From an uncultured Nitrospiraceae bacterium (GTDB taxonomy: Bacteria > Nitrospirota > Thermodesulfovibrionia > Thermodesulfovibrionales > Dissulfurispiraceae), in the NCBI GenBank assembly GCA_963727805.1, contig CAVSHF010000003.1, positions 1,120,001 to 1,184,000 on the forward strand: DNA of 64,000 nucleotides, written 5' to 3'. Shown here in pieces: positions 10,053-20,038 of this stretch (its first letter is position 1; every line of letters begins with the position of its first letter). A program made the translations under genes and the position numbers. The notes below the pieces were generated by a model, which saw nothing but the letters and a program-made list of their open reading frames with translations, was not told the DNA's origin and did no database searches.

Positions 10053-10637
10053 GTGAATACATTAACTGCTAACATTCAGCGTCCATGGTTGGCCCGAATT
10101 CTAGACGGCTCAAAGAAAATCGAATATCGTGACTCATCTGAATATTGGATGAATCGGCTTGATCGCGTAGGTCCACCCCCTTTCCAACTTCGTCTCATCA
10201 ACGGAATGAAAGCCGATTCCCCCGAGGCAACAATTCTGGTTAAAAAGGTTGACATCGATTTCTTAAGTGGATCAATACGCTTTCATCTCGGAAAGGTGCT
10301 TTCAAAACTGCGCTGGGATTCCACTTGGCATGCAAAGTACCCTCCCACCCCTCCCAATGCACGTTTCGATCCGAAGAATCTAGATAAGCAGTCTCCAAAG
10401 CGCTCTAGGATCAGACTTAAAGTACCTCGGGAGGTATACGAGAACACTCGAATGTCTGGTATTCATCACTTCGACTTGCCGGTAGACGTTGCAACTCGTG
10501 AACGCCTCCGGAAGCAGGGGCCAGTCCCATTCATGCTTAAGCTCTTATACGGCGATTTCTCTGTTGAAGTAGTCGCTTATGAACTCTTCGGCGAATATTT
10601 CGGTGATCAAGTGGAATTCGCTGTTCTAACTTTGTAG
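10053..10637 (+). CDS. ASCH/PUA-like domain protein
   Basis: N-terminal ...RPWLARILDGSKKIEYR matches the ASCH GxKxxExR motif; RBS GGAGGAG before GTG. Confidence 0.7.
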   Translation: MNTLTANIQRPWLARILDGSKKIEYRDSSEYWMNRLDRVGPPPFQLRLINGMKADSPEATILVKKVDIDFLSGSIRFHLGKVLSKLRWDSTWHAKYPPTPPNARFDPKNLDKQSPKRSRIRLKVPREVYENTRMSGIHHFDLPVDVATRERLRKQGPVPFMLKLLYGDFSVEVVAYELFGEYFGDQVEFAVLTL

Positions 10638-11207
10638 TCAAAAGGCCTGCTCTCAACGTCTTAGACCTAGTGCGCATAGTCTCTCTATACGGCGTCTATT
10701 GATAATTCGATTTATACCGCTTGGAAGTGGTCTGCGAAGTCTTTATTTTGGCATCTTGCACAGGATGCGTTCACTCCAACTCTCGGTTAGGGAACATCGC
10801 ATTTCTCAGGCGTCCAGATCAAGGCTTGTTACACGGGACACCCGAGGAAGAGCCCACGATAGATTGTTTTCGGTAATTATCAAATTTCTGGCACAGTCCG
10901 TGTTGATTGTTTTTCAGTAGCAGTTGCCATCCGCCCCGAGAATAATCGATACCTGCTGTCATGCTATCTCTTTCCCCGCATAATTGCATGTATGAGCTCG
11001 TCCAGTAGCTGCATAAAGCGTGACAATGATCACAATATTTATGCAGTATCCCCTATACTGCCCTGCTCCGAAAAGGACAGTATAGGAGATTTCCCCCCTA
11101 TTTAAAGAGGCCTTCCGCGTTCTCTAAGATAAAGGTTTTCGTGTCGCTTAGAATACTGTTGAGTGCATCAGCCCGATGTTCCTTCGGCAGCAACGCTAGA
11201 AGGTAGA

Positions 11208-11393
11208 TCACACTAGAGCACGCCTGTGACCTTGCACAGTTAGCCAGGTCAAGCCCTTTTCCAGCTCAGCCGGCCCATTCATTACCTTTTCAAAATAGCT
11301 TGCATACTGATTCCACCAGTAAAGGGCCTCGTTAAGAGCCTCAATCCCTATTCTTGCTTCCTTCTCATGTACTGTTCTGTTCGTGTCTGACAT
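11208..11393 (-). CDS. Small hypothetical protein
   Basis: ATG at 11393 with GGAGG; 61 aa. Confidence 0.35.
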   Translation of the reverse strand: MSDTNRTVHEKEARIGIEALNEALYWWNQYASYFEKVMNGPAELEKGLTWLTVQGHRRALV

Positions 11394-11681
11394 TGATACC
11401 TCCATTTGTGAGTTTTAATAGTCCTGCAATATATGGATAATACCCACGCAAACGAAGTTTGAAGCAAAAAAATGGTTTTAAGTTGGAGTTATCAAAGTGA
11501 CATGTACAACGTATTGTCCTTATATTTATTGAGAGGATAAATATAGGTGAATTTTGCTGTTACGGTCATCGACGTGTGAATAAATGATTTCTTTTAGGGT
11601 ATAACGGCTAATATTCTGTCGTAAAAGTGACATCATCTTATCCCAGTATCTGCCGTTTTGACGTCAATTTGATTACAAATT

Positions 11682-14600
11682 ATGATAAGATGTTGTATTC
11701 AACGAGAGGATAACATATTGCCAGACTTCGATTCATTTAAAGAAAATCTACTGAACCTGGTCGCAAAGTTCGAGAAGGACAGGGAACATTATTTATCAAA
11801 GGGCTATCCCGAGGCTCAGGTACGAATCGATTTCCTCAATCCCCTTTTTGATGCCCTTGGCTGGGACATCGAAAACAAGGCGCATAAGGCGCCGCACGAA
11901 AGAGATATCATCGTTGAGCTGTCGCCTGAAGCCACCGGGCGGCCGGATTACAACTTTCGCTTAAAGGGCGATACAAAGTTCTTTGTCGAAGCAAAAGCAC
12001 CCTCGGTTTCGCTGGACGATGTGAACCATGTCCTTCAGGCAAAGGCTTATGCCTGGTCAACGAAAACGGTCTATTTCGTAGTGCTGACCGACTTTGAGGA
12101 ATTCAAGCTCTTCGACGCCTCTTTAAGGCCAAGCCTCAGATTCCCCAGTGAAGGTCTGCTCTTTGATTTCAAATATACCGATTACCTCAGTAATGCCGAA
12201 GAGTTATGGAAACTCTCTAAAGAGAGCGTCGAGAATGGTTCATTGGAAGCACTTCTGCCTAAAGATACAAAGAGCAAACGTCTCAGGGTCCCGCCCGACA
12301 AATCCTTTCTCGAAGACCTTACCGCCTGGCGCACTGAGATTGCGAAGGATGTGCATAAGCGCAATCCGGGATTCGACGTAAAACTCCTGAACGATGTAGT
12401 CCAAAAACTGCTCGACCGCATCATATTCGTCCGGATCGCCGAAGACCGGAAAATCAGGCCCGACAGAGAACTGTGGGAGATCGTCGCGCAATGGAAAGAA
12501 GAAGGCAGGAGAAAGACGATAATGTCTCATCTTGTCGAGCTTTTCTGTGAAGTAAACGACGATCTGAACGGCGATATATTCAAGCCACACGCATGTGAGA
12601 CCGCGAATGTGGATTCCGACCTCCTGGCTGAGATCATCGAGAGTCTCTATTTTCCGAAGAGCAGATACCGTTTTGACGCCATCGGCGTAGAACTTCTCGG
12701 AAGCATCTATGAGCGCTATCTCGGCAGCACGATCCGCGTCACTCCTCAGAGAGTGAAGGTCGAGGAAAAGCCCGAAGTCAGGAAGGCCGGAGGCGTCTAT
12801 TACACGCCGAAATATATCGTCGATTACATTGTAAAAAACACGGTCGGTAAAATCATCGAAGGCAAGACACCGCGACAGATAGAAAAGATAAAGATTCTTG
12901 ATCCTGCCTGTGGTTCAGGATCGTTCCTCCTTGGCGCCTACCAATATCTGATCGATTATCATCTCAAATACTATCGCAATCATCCCAAAGAGGCACAAAC
13001 GCTCCACCTCTTTCCTTACTGGAAAATATCACCTGAAGAATTGAGTCTTCCGCTCCACGAGAAGGCAAATTTCCTGAGGAACAATATCTTCGGCTGTGAC
13101 ATAGACCCTCAGGCGGTCGAGATAACGATGATGAGCCTTTATCTGAAGGCGCTGGAAGGAGAGCGTAGCCTGCTGCCCAAGAAGCAGCACCTGCTTCCTT
13201 CACTCGGAGACAATATCAAATGCGGCAACAGCCTAATAGGATACGACATCATGGACGGGCAGCTGTTCGATGATGATACAAAGAGCCGGATTAATTTCTT
13301 TGACTGGGATTCAAAATCCACCGGATTCGGTGAGATAACGGCAAACGGCGGCTTTGATGTGGTGATAGGAAACCCTCCGTATGTGAGAATACAAGCGATG
13401 AAGGAATGGGCGCCCGTCGAAGTTGAGTTCTACAAGCATAAATATGTCTCAGCTAGCAAAGGTAATTATGACATCTATGTGGTGTTCGTAGAGAAAGGAC
13501 TGAGTCTATTAAACAATCGTGGACGGATGGGATTTATTCTGCCGCACAAGTTCTTTAACGCGCAGTATGGAAAACCCGTGCGAGAGTTGCTGGCCAAAGG
13601 GAATCATCTTTCACATATCGTCCATTTCGGCCATCAACAGGTATTTGAAGGGGCAACAACATATACATGCTTGATGTTCTTGAACAAAGAGGGCGATAAA
13701 AGTTGCTTAGTTGAGAAAGTTGATAACCTCGTGGAATGGCAGGAATCAGGACGATCAGTCACAGGCAAGATTGCGGCAAACAAAATAAATGGGACTGAAT
13801 GGAATTTCACGGTGGGTGCTGCTGCCTCATTATATGAGCGTTTAGCAAATATGCCTGTAAAGCTGGGGGATATCGCTCATATTTTTGTTGGCACGCAGAC
13901 TAGCGCTGACGATGTTTTTGTTTTGGATCACTGCAGGATCGACGACCAATATATCATAGGCATGTCGAAAGCACTCGACAAGCAAGTCAAGGTCGAGGTT
14001 TCAAGTACGCGACATTTTCTTCGCGGGCGACAGATACGTAGATATGAGCCGCCTCAGACAAGCTCATATGTAATTTGTCCATATGAAATATCGTCAAATG
14101 AATTTCGCTTATTTACCTTGACGGAAATGGAAAAGAAATTTCCATTGACGCTTGCTTATTTGAGAGAAAATAGGGCGGCTTTGTCAGCACGGGAAAAGGG
14201 AAGGTTGAAGGGGGCAGCTTGGCACGCCTTTGGCTATCCCAAGAGCATGACATTGTTTCAAAAGCCAAAAATTATTGTACCTGATTATAACAATGTAGCC
14301 GCATTCACTTTTGATCCAGATGGGCACTATTATAAAACCGGCTACGGAGTCATCGTTGAAGATGATAATTTGTCACCGTTATTTATTCTCGGACTGCTTA
14401 ATTCATCTTTACTGTTCAAGTATCTCCTTTCTATAGGTACTTCGCTACGAGGTGGATATGTCCGTTTTTGGACACAATTTATCGAACAGCTGCCTATTCG
14501 TTCTATTGACTTCAACAACCCATTAGAGAAGGCTGTCCATAACAAACTTGTTGATCACGTCGAACATATGCTCGCAATGCACAAGAAGAAGTCGGCACTT

Positions 14601-14732
14601 CCGCCCTCTGCTGAGCGCGAAAAGATCGAGCGGGAGATTGCGATTACGGACGAAAAAATAGACGACATCGTTTATGATCTTTATGGGATAACGGATGAGG
14701 AGAAAATAATTATTGAAAGAAACGGATTTTGA
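11682..14732 (+). CDS. Type IIG fused restriction endonuclease / N6-adenine methyltransferase (Eco57I/TaqI-C-like)
   Basis: N-terminal HsdR_N-like PD-(D/E)xK (RPDY...FFVEAK), GVYYTP, ILDPACGSGSFL (motif I), GNPPY (motif IV), C-terminal TRD (KIIVP...LGLLNS...LPI); true start may be TTG at 11718. Confidence 0.92.
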   Translation: MIRCCIQREDNILPDFDSFKENLLNLVAKFEKDREHYLSKGYPEAQVRIDFLNPLFDALGWDIENKAHKAPHERDIIVELSPEATGRPDYNFRLKGDTKFFVEAKAPSVSLDDVNHVLQAKAYAWSTKTVYFVVLTDFEEFKLFDASLRPSLRFPSEGLLFDFKYTDYLSNAEELWKLSKESVENGSLEALLPKDTKSKRLRVPPDKSFLEDLTAWRTEIAKDVHKRNPGFDVKLLNDVVQKLLDRIIFVRIAEDRKIRPDRELWEIVAQWKEEGRRKTIMSHLVELFCEVNDDLNGDIFKPHACETANVDSDLLAEIIESLYFPKSRYRFDAIGVELLGSIYERYLGSTIRVTPQRVKVEEKPEVRKAGGVYYTPKYIVDYIVKNTVGKIIEGKTPRQIEKIKILDPACGSGSFLLGAYQYLIDYHLKYYRNHPKEAQTLHLFPYWKISPEELSLPLHEKANFLRNNIFGCDIDPQAVEITMMSLYLKALEGERSLLPKKQHLLPSLGDNIKCGNSLIGYDIMDGQLFDDDTKSRINFFDWDSKSTGFGEITANGGFDVVIGNPPYVRIQAMKEWAPVEVEFYKHKYVSASKGNYDIYVVFVEKGLSLLNNRGRMGFILPHKFFNAQYGKPVRELLAKGNHLSHIVHFGHQQVFEGATTYTCLMFLNKEGDKSCLVEKVDNLVEWQESGRSVTGKIAANKINGTEWNFTVGAAASLYERLANMPVKLGDIAHIFVGTQTSADDVFVLDHCRIDDQYIIGMSKALDKQVKVEVSSTRHFLRGRQIRRYEPPQTSSYVICPYEISSNEFRLFTLTEMEKKFPLTLAYLRENRAALSAREKGRLKGAAWHAFGYPKSMTLFQKPKIIVPDYNNVAAFTFDPDGHYYKTGYGVIVEDDNLSPLFILGLLNSSLLFKYLLSIGTSLRGGYVRFWTQFIEQLPIRSIDFNNPLEKAVHNKLVDHVEHMLAMHKKKSALPPSAEREKIEREIAITDEKIDDIVYDLYGITDEEKIIIERNGF

Positions 14733-14767
14733 TAGAGCCTTAAATACAATGGGAGATCCTAACAGAT

Positions 14768-15835
14768 ATGAACAGTGAGACCTATTCTGATCAATTCAGA
14801 ATCAGGCTTGGCGATGAAACTCTGAAGAAACAGCGAATTTACCTGGACACAAAATATTGGATTTTCATACGAGATGCCTCTGCTGGCACAGCAACACCAG
14901 TGCAAATACAAATCTATAGAAAGCTAACAGATTTAGTGAAAGAAGGAATTATTCTCTGTCCATTAAGCCCCCATATTTTCGAGGAACTCATGAAAGTGGG
15001 TGATAAAGAAAAAAGGCTTCGTATGGCCCACGTAATGGATGAACTTAGCCAACAAATCAGTTTCATATCACCACTGAATATCGTCGGACAAGAACTTCTT
15101 AATTTTGTACGTAACTGTGAGGCCAAGGCTGGTGGACATTCTTATTTCAATACAACAAAATATATATTTACAAAAGTAGCTTTTGCTTTAGGGGAGCTAT
15201 ATCCCCTTATCGAGGGAATTCCTGACGAGCAGTTGAATGACATTAGAATTAGCTTTTTTGATCGCCTTTCGAAGTGCACATTGGTGGAAATGATAGAAAC
15301 TATAAAGGAGCCTTTTCCTCGAAGAAAGTCTGAACCTCTAATTTCTCAATTAAATAAGGGGAAGGACGATAATCAGAATTGGAAATCATTTCACGAAGTG
15401 TTCATGCATGAAATAGCTGGGATATTGGACGTTGTAAGGGATGATATCGAAAACCTTTGGCGCTACCTGTATACAAATGACCATGGCGGTTCGATTAAGA
15501 CGGAAGAGGTGCGCCAAACAGAGAGTGTAAAATTGTTATCAAACCGAATTTATCAGGCTTTTGATCAACATCAGATTGATAAAGAACTGCCATATTTTCA
15601 TATAACAGCATCTCTCTATGCATATCTGAGGCACAATAAAGGTCAGCGATTTAAGGAAAATGATCTTATCGACTTTTCTCATGTAGCATGGGCACTTCCT
15701 TATTGCAATAGTTTTTTTACTGAAAAGCCATTGCATGATTGGTTATGTAATAAACCATTAAGGCTGAATGAAGCATACGGGACAAAAGTGCTTTGGCAAG
15801 AAGAAGATGTCTTGGATGCTTTGAGTGCATTGTAA
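14768..15835 (+). CDS. Hypothetical protein with PIN-like acidic motif pattern
   Basis: IYLDTKYW...SPHIFEEL...ENDLIDFSHV...FFTE; AT-rich; 35 bp after the RM gene. Confidence 0.6.
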   Translation: MNSETYSDQFRIRLGDETLKKQRIYLDTKYWIFIRDASAGTATPVQIQIYRKLTDLVKEGIILCPLSPHIFEELMKVGDKEKRLRMAHVMDELSQQISFISPLNIVGQELLNFVRNCEAKAGGHSYFNTTKYIFTKVAFALGELYPLIEGIPDEQLNDIRISFFDRLSKCTLVEMIETIKEPFPRRKSEPLISQLNKGKDDNQNWKSFHEVFMHEIAGILDVVRDDIENLWRYLYTNDHGGSIKTEEVRQTESVKLLSNRIYQAFDQHQIDKELPYFHITASLYAYLRHNKGQRFKENDLIDFSHVAWALPYCNSFFTEKPLHDWLCNKPLRLNEAYGTKVLWQEEDVLDALSAL

Positions 15836-15870
15836 GCTGCCGTTTATTTGCTCCGCCTAATTAATATTGT

Positions 15871-16311
15871 TTGATAAGGAGTAATCAAATGACAATGCTT
15901 GTGGATTCGAGTAAAAAGCCAGATGTAGGGGAACACGGCCTTATATGCTGGGCGACTGCTGTGCTGATTCTGGCAGATGCCACAGACGCTAAATTCGCAG
16001 ACACAATAATATTGTGTGCATCAGATATATTGAGCAAATCCCTTACAACTCGTGATCGCAATGAAGTTGTCACATCACTTTCCCGTAATCGCTCCATAAA
16101 ACTAAAGAATATAAAACTGCATCTGCCGAACAGTTCATTTTATCGCATAACAGCCAAAAGGCGAGCCCCGCAATCAAAAAAATATTCTAAGCGAATGGCA
16201 GAGGCTCTGAAAATGCTAGCTCAAGGTTATAGTTACAATGAGACGAGTAAAGCAACCCATATTCCGGCGGGAACGTTGAGATCTCGCCAGTCGCGTCTTA
16301 GCAAAAAATAG
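15871..16311 (+). CDS. Hypothetical protein with C-terminal helix-turn-helix
   Basis: EALKMLAQGYSYNETSKATHIPAGTLRSR resembles a sigma70-r4/LuxR-type HTH. Confidence 0.45.
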   Translation: MIRSNQMTMLVDSSKKPDVGEHGLICWATAVLILADATDAKFADTIILCASDILSKSLTTRDRNEVVTSLSRNRSIKLKNIKLHLPNSSFYRITAKRRAPQSKKYSKRMAEALKMLAQGYSYNETSKATHIPAGTLRSRQSRLSKK

Positions 16312-16313
16312 GC

Positions 16314-16520
16314 CGGTACGAACCTGACCTGAACCGCATATATCTGAGTTTGTCGCAGCACCACTGGACCGCTATTATCCCTGCACGTACATACAAATCG
16401 AAAGAGTAGGCCCCGGTCGAGGCCGGAGTGCTGCTGGTCACCAGAAGGATCATTGCGGCATTGCGGCATCACACGTTTTTCAGGATCGAAGAACTCAATG
16501 CCAGAATCGAAGAACTAACG
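16314..16520 (+). pseudogene. istA: IS21-family transposase (IstA) fragment
   Basis: Hand translation RYEPDLNRIY...TAIIPARTYKSKE*APVEAGVLLVTRRIIAALRHHTFFRIEELNARI matches the IstA core YEP...IIPARP.KP.DKAKVE.GV; in-frame stop; no ends. Confidence 0.8.
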
Positions 16521-16865
16521 ACCACGTTGTTAACAGCCACCAGTTCCGAATAGCTATCAGTATTGTTACCGCTACCTATTTACCACTTATCACAAGTTCA
16601 TCGGCGGTATGGGTCAAGGCAAAGGGTGATGTGAGTTCGATTTGAAAGCGTTTCTGCAGGGACAAGACGAGTAGTATGAGGTATATACACATAGGCCATT
16701 TAACAAAGCATGCGGAACACGCTATGCATTATCCTCAGAAATGAGTTCGCCCTACGACAGGGCGCAAAAAATAATAAAGGTGGCACAGGATTTCCCATGC
16801 CACCTTCATGCCACCCTTTTGGGCGGGATCGCACCTTAAAACAAACTGAATTTTAAGGCTTTAAT

Positions 16866-16943
16866 TGGTCGGGGCGATCCGATTTGAACGGACGGCCTCT
16901 CGCACCCCAAGCGAGTGCGCTAGCCAGGCTGCGCTACGCCCCG
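16866..16943 (-). tRNA. tRNA-Pro(GGG)
   Basis: CGGGGCG acceptor stem, CTCGC-TTGGGGT-GCGAG anticodon arm, GTTCAAATC T-loop, encoded CCA. Confidence 0.97.
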
Positions 16944-16944
16944 A

Positions 16945-17331
16945 TTATGCTAAGGTCTCAAGCAGATGCCTGAGCCTTGTCTTTACCATAGCGAGGATCT
17001 TGTCCCTGGTGGGTTCCTGTTCGGGCATCTCCTCCGCCGCGGCTTCCATCTCCTGCTCGGGAAGCATCCCGCCCAGCTTCTTCCTTACTCCGTCGATCGT
17101 ATACCGTTCTTCATAGAGAAGCTTCTTGATAAGCAAAAGAAGATCGATGTCTTTTTTTGTATATATTCTCTGTCCCGATTTACTCTTCCTCGGGCTTAGA
17201 AATGGAAATTCCGACTCCCAGTATCTTAGCACATAGGATTCAACGCCGACCAGTCTGCTCGCCTCTCCTATTTTATAGAAAAGCTTTTCAGGGAAAAGTC
17301 TCAACACCTGCGGCTGAAAGGCTTCGTTCAT
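16945..17331 (-). CDS. MerR-family transcriptional regulator
   Basis: [24 protein letters not shown]...GQRIY; conserved ihfA-merR-tRNA-Pro arrangement. Confidence 0.92.
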   Translation of the reverse strand: MNEAFQPQVLRLFPEKLFYKIGEASRLVGVESYVLRYWESEFPFLSPRKSKSGQRIYTKKDIDLLLLIKKLLYEERYTIDGVRKKLGGMLPEQEMEAAAEEMPEQEPTRDKILAMVKTRLRHLLETLA

Positions 17332-17345
17332 GCTTGCTGGCGCCT

Positions 17346-17624
17346 CTATTTCTTCTCTATCGCCTCTTTGAGCTGATCGCTCGATTTGAAGGTCACTACT
17401 TTCCGGGGAGTTATTTCAACCTCTTCCTTGGTTTTAGGGTTCCTTCCGATCCTAGCACTCTTCTTTCTTACCGTAAAAGTCCCGAACCCCGATACTTTCA
17501 CAGATTCTCCCGCAACAAGGGTCTGTTTGAGAGTGTCGAATATAATTTCCACGATATCCTGCGTCTCGTTCTTCGGAAGCCCAACCTTTTCGAATAATAG
17601 GTTCACAATTTCAGCCTTTGTCAT
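17346..17624 (-). CDS. ihfA: Integration host factor subunit alpha
   Basis: MTKAEIV...VKVSGFGTF...[20 protein letters not shown]. Confidence 0.92.
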   Translation of the reverse strand: MTKAEIVNLLFEKVGLPKNETQDIVEIIFDTLKQTLVAGESVKVSGFGTFTVRKKSARIGRNPKTKEEVEITPRKVVTFKSSDQLKEAIEKK

Positions 17625-17872
17625 AAACTCCCCCGATTGTTTCACTCAACACTTACTATTACGGATTAATCAGCCGTACCCTAAAGTAGATAATTTTATC
17701 CTACTTTGATAACTCCTTGCAAGTATTTTAAATTTCGCCAGCAATGTACTGTATTAGGAGGCCGCTCTCCCCGACTTTTGAAGCCACCCGCAACGTTTGA
17801 CTCCCACAAAGATTATCTGTTATTCTGGATGGTGTCGTTGAACAGATATCGCTCGAAGGACAGATACTATTC

Positions 17873-18256
17873 ATGAAATCTGATAAAGAAATCACGGTCA
17901 AGGAAAAGAAACTGCAGGAGATAAGAAAAAGGCTTCTTCTTCAGAAAGAAGAACTCCTCTCGGGCGCAGGGATTACACGAAATGCGTTGCCGGATGAAAC
18001 ACTCTTTCCTGAACTGGGAGACCAGGCATCTGCCGAGATCGACAGGAATTTTACTCTCCGTCTCAGGGACCGTGAAAGAAAACTTCTGAAAAAGATCGAA
18101 GAGGCCATTGAACAGATCGATAGTGGAACTTACGGGATATGCGAAATATGCGGACAGGATATCAGCATAAAGAGACTTGAGGCGAGACCGGTGACAACAA
18201 TGTGCATAGACTGCAAAACCGAGCAGGAAGAGGAAGAGAAGCTCAGAGAAAAATAA
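17873..18256 (+). CDS. dksA: RNA polymerase-binding protein DksA
   Basis: Coiled coil with ELGDQA tip; GTYGICEICG...RLEARP...CIDCK zinc finger. Confidence 0.92.
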   Translation: MKSDKEITVKEKKLQEIRKRLLLQKEELLSGAGITRNALPDETLFPELGDQASAEIDRNFTLRLRDRERKLLKKIEEAIEQIDSGTYGICEICGQDISIKRLEARPVTTMCIDCKTEQEEEEKLREK

Positions 18257-18275
18257 ACCCCGCCTCTAAGACTGA

Positions 18276-19331
18276 TTAAATCGCCTGATCCGAATTGGAC
18301 TCCACCTTCCTGAATATCTTGATGACTGAGACAAACAGCGCCAATACAAGGGGTCCCATCACAAGGCCGATAAGGCCGAACAGCTGTATCCCTCCGAGAA
18401 CGCTGAAGAGTATGACGAGCACATGCATCTTGGTCCTGCTCCCGATGATGATTGGCCTTAGGAGACTGTCGATCATGCTGATGCCGAAGACCCCGATGAA
18501 GATAAGCGCAAAGGCATTAGCGATCGCACCATGGACAAACAGGTAGATTACGGCAGGTCCCCAGACGGCAAGTGACCCGATCAGAGGGATAAACGACGCT
18601 ATCGATACCGCAAATCCCCAGAGGACAGGAGAGGGGATCCCGAGAATAGAGAAAGCTATGCCGCCGACAATACCTTGTGCAATAGCGATCAGGACGCCGC
18701 CGTAAATCGTCGATATAATGATGTCCCTCATCTGGGCTGCAAGCAGGAATTTTTCCTCATCGGAGAAAGGCATATAGTCACGGATCTTCTGCAGAAAAGC
18801 CGAGCCATCTTTGAACATGAAGAAGATAGAAAAGATCATGAATATAAAATTTACCGCTAGGGCGATAAAATTACCTGCGCCGCGTGTAATCTGCGACATC
18901 AATTCCTTTCCCAAGCGGGAGAGATAATCGATAATCGCCTTGTCGAGCTCGGCCTCAGTAACTCCCATGATATCGGTTAGCCTACTCATGACAGCGCTGA
19001 GTGATGGGTGCTGAAGCGTATGCTTCAATGTCGTAAGCTGATCACTCTCAAGATAATCGGAGAGATGCTTTAGTTCCGCAACAAGAAGGACTATGAAATA
19101 CGAAAAAGGACCGACGATAACGGTTATAATAATGATCAACGTAATGAGAGACGCAAGCCACTTCCACGGTATGTGACGGAGTGTAAAGGCATAGAGGGGG
19201 TAAAATACGATAGCGAAAACAATGGCCCATGCAATGGGGGAAAGAAATGGCTTCAGTATCTGAAAGGTAAGAAACCCCAGAAGAGAAACAATAGCAAGGA
19301 GCGTTATGGAGTAGAATCTTTTGGATGTCAC
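18276..19331 (-). CDS. AI-2E family transporter
   Basis: Multi-TM; SFIPLIGS, DSLLRP, GGIQLFGLIGLVMGP. Confidence 0.9.
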   Translation of the reverse strand: MTSKRFYSITLLAIVSLLGFLTFQILKPFLSPIAWAIVFAIVFYPLYAFTLRHIPWKWLASLITLIIIITVIVGPFSYFIVLLVAELKHLSDYLESDQLTTLKHTLQHPSLSAVMSRLTDIMGVTEAELDKAIIDYLSRLGKELMSQITRGAGNFIALAVNFIFMIFSIFFMFKDGSAFLQKIRDYMPFSDEEKFLLAAQMRDIIISTIYGGVLIAIAQGIVGGIAFSILGIPSPVLWGFAVSIASFIPLIGSLAVWGPAVIYLFVHGAIANAFALIFIGVFGISMIDSLLRPIIIGSRTKMHVLVILFSVLGGIQLFGLIGLVMGPLVLALFVSVIKIFRKVESNSDQAI

Positions 19332-19351
19332 CCTGCTAGCCTGATTATCAA

Positions 19352-20038
19352 CTATCCTCGGCTCCTCCTTACTTCCGCTGCCTTTTGGGCAAGCGATTCA
19401 AATAGCCATAGTGAAAGGGGATCATAGAAGATTCTCTCGGGGTGCCACTGGACACCTACGCAGAAAGTATGACCTCTTTTATATATCCCTTCAATTATAC
19501 CATCTCCGGCGATAGCAAAAACGGCGAGTTCATCTCCAACCTCTTTAACCGCCTGGTGATGAGAGGAATTAACCGTATACTCATTCCTGCCATCACCCCG
19601 CAGGAGGTCGATGACTTCAATCTTATGCATGCCCTTTCGATGGTCTGATGCGTTTAGTAACTGGTATTCGATATCTTGAAAGATCGTACCGCCGTGAACG
19701 ACGTTCAGCAACTGCATGCCGTAACAAAGAGCAAGGACAGGCTTACCTCTACTCATCGTTTCCCCAAGCAGGAGCGTTTCAAAATTGATCCTTTCTCTTC
19801 TTTCCATTTTGACGTATTCCAGAGGGACAATCGTTTCTTCACGATAATAATCGGGAGGGATGTCACCGCCTCCGGTCAGTAATAGACCGTCGATGATATC
19901 CATCAAAGACGACACGTGTTGCAGTATTGGCAGGACAACGGGAAGCCCACCCGAATTTTCAATGGCAGAAATGTAGTCCGGTCTCACCCCCAGCATGTCG
20001 TCAGTAAATCCACATGTTATCCCGATCACTGGTCTCAT
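19352..20038 (-). CDS. Peptidase C26 / gamma-glutamyl-GABA hydrolase family
   Basis: MRPVIGIT, GLLLTGGGD, ALCYGMQ, NSSHHQAV, GVQWHPE. Confidence 0.9.
   Translation of the reverse strand: MRPVIGITCGFTDDMLGVRPDYISAIENSGGLPVVLPILQHVSSLMDIIDGLLLTGGGDIPPDYYREETIVPLEYVKMERRERINFETLLLGETMSRGKPVLALCYGMQLLNVVHGGTIFQDIEYQLLNASDHRKGMHKIEVIDLLRGDGRNEYTVNSSHHQAVKEVGDELAVFAIAGDGIIEGIYKRGHTFCVGVQWHPERIFYDPLSLWLFESLAQKAAEVRRSRG

Noticed and set aside
16233..16472. 79-aa minus-strand ORF
   Set aside because: Antisense to the IS21 istA remnant
1..16860. Duplicate of the tRNA-Pro 3' end (att site) or an island integrase
   Set aside because: Not seen in the window by eye
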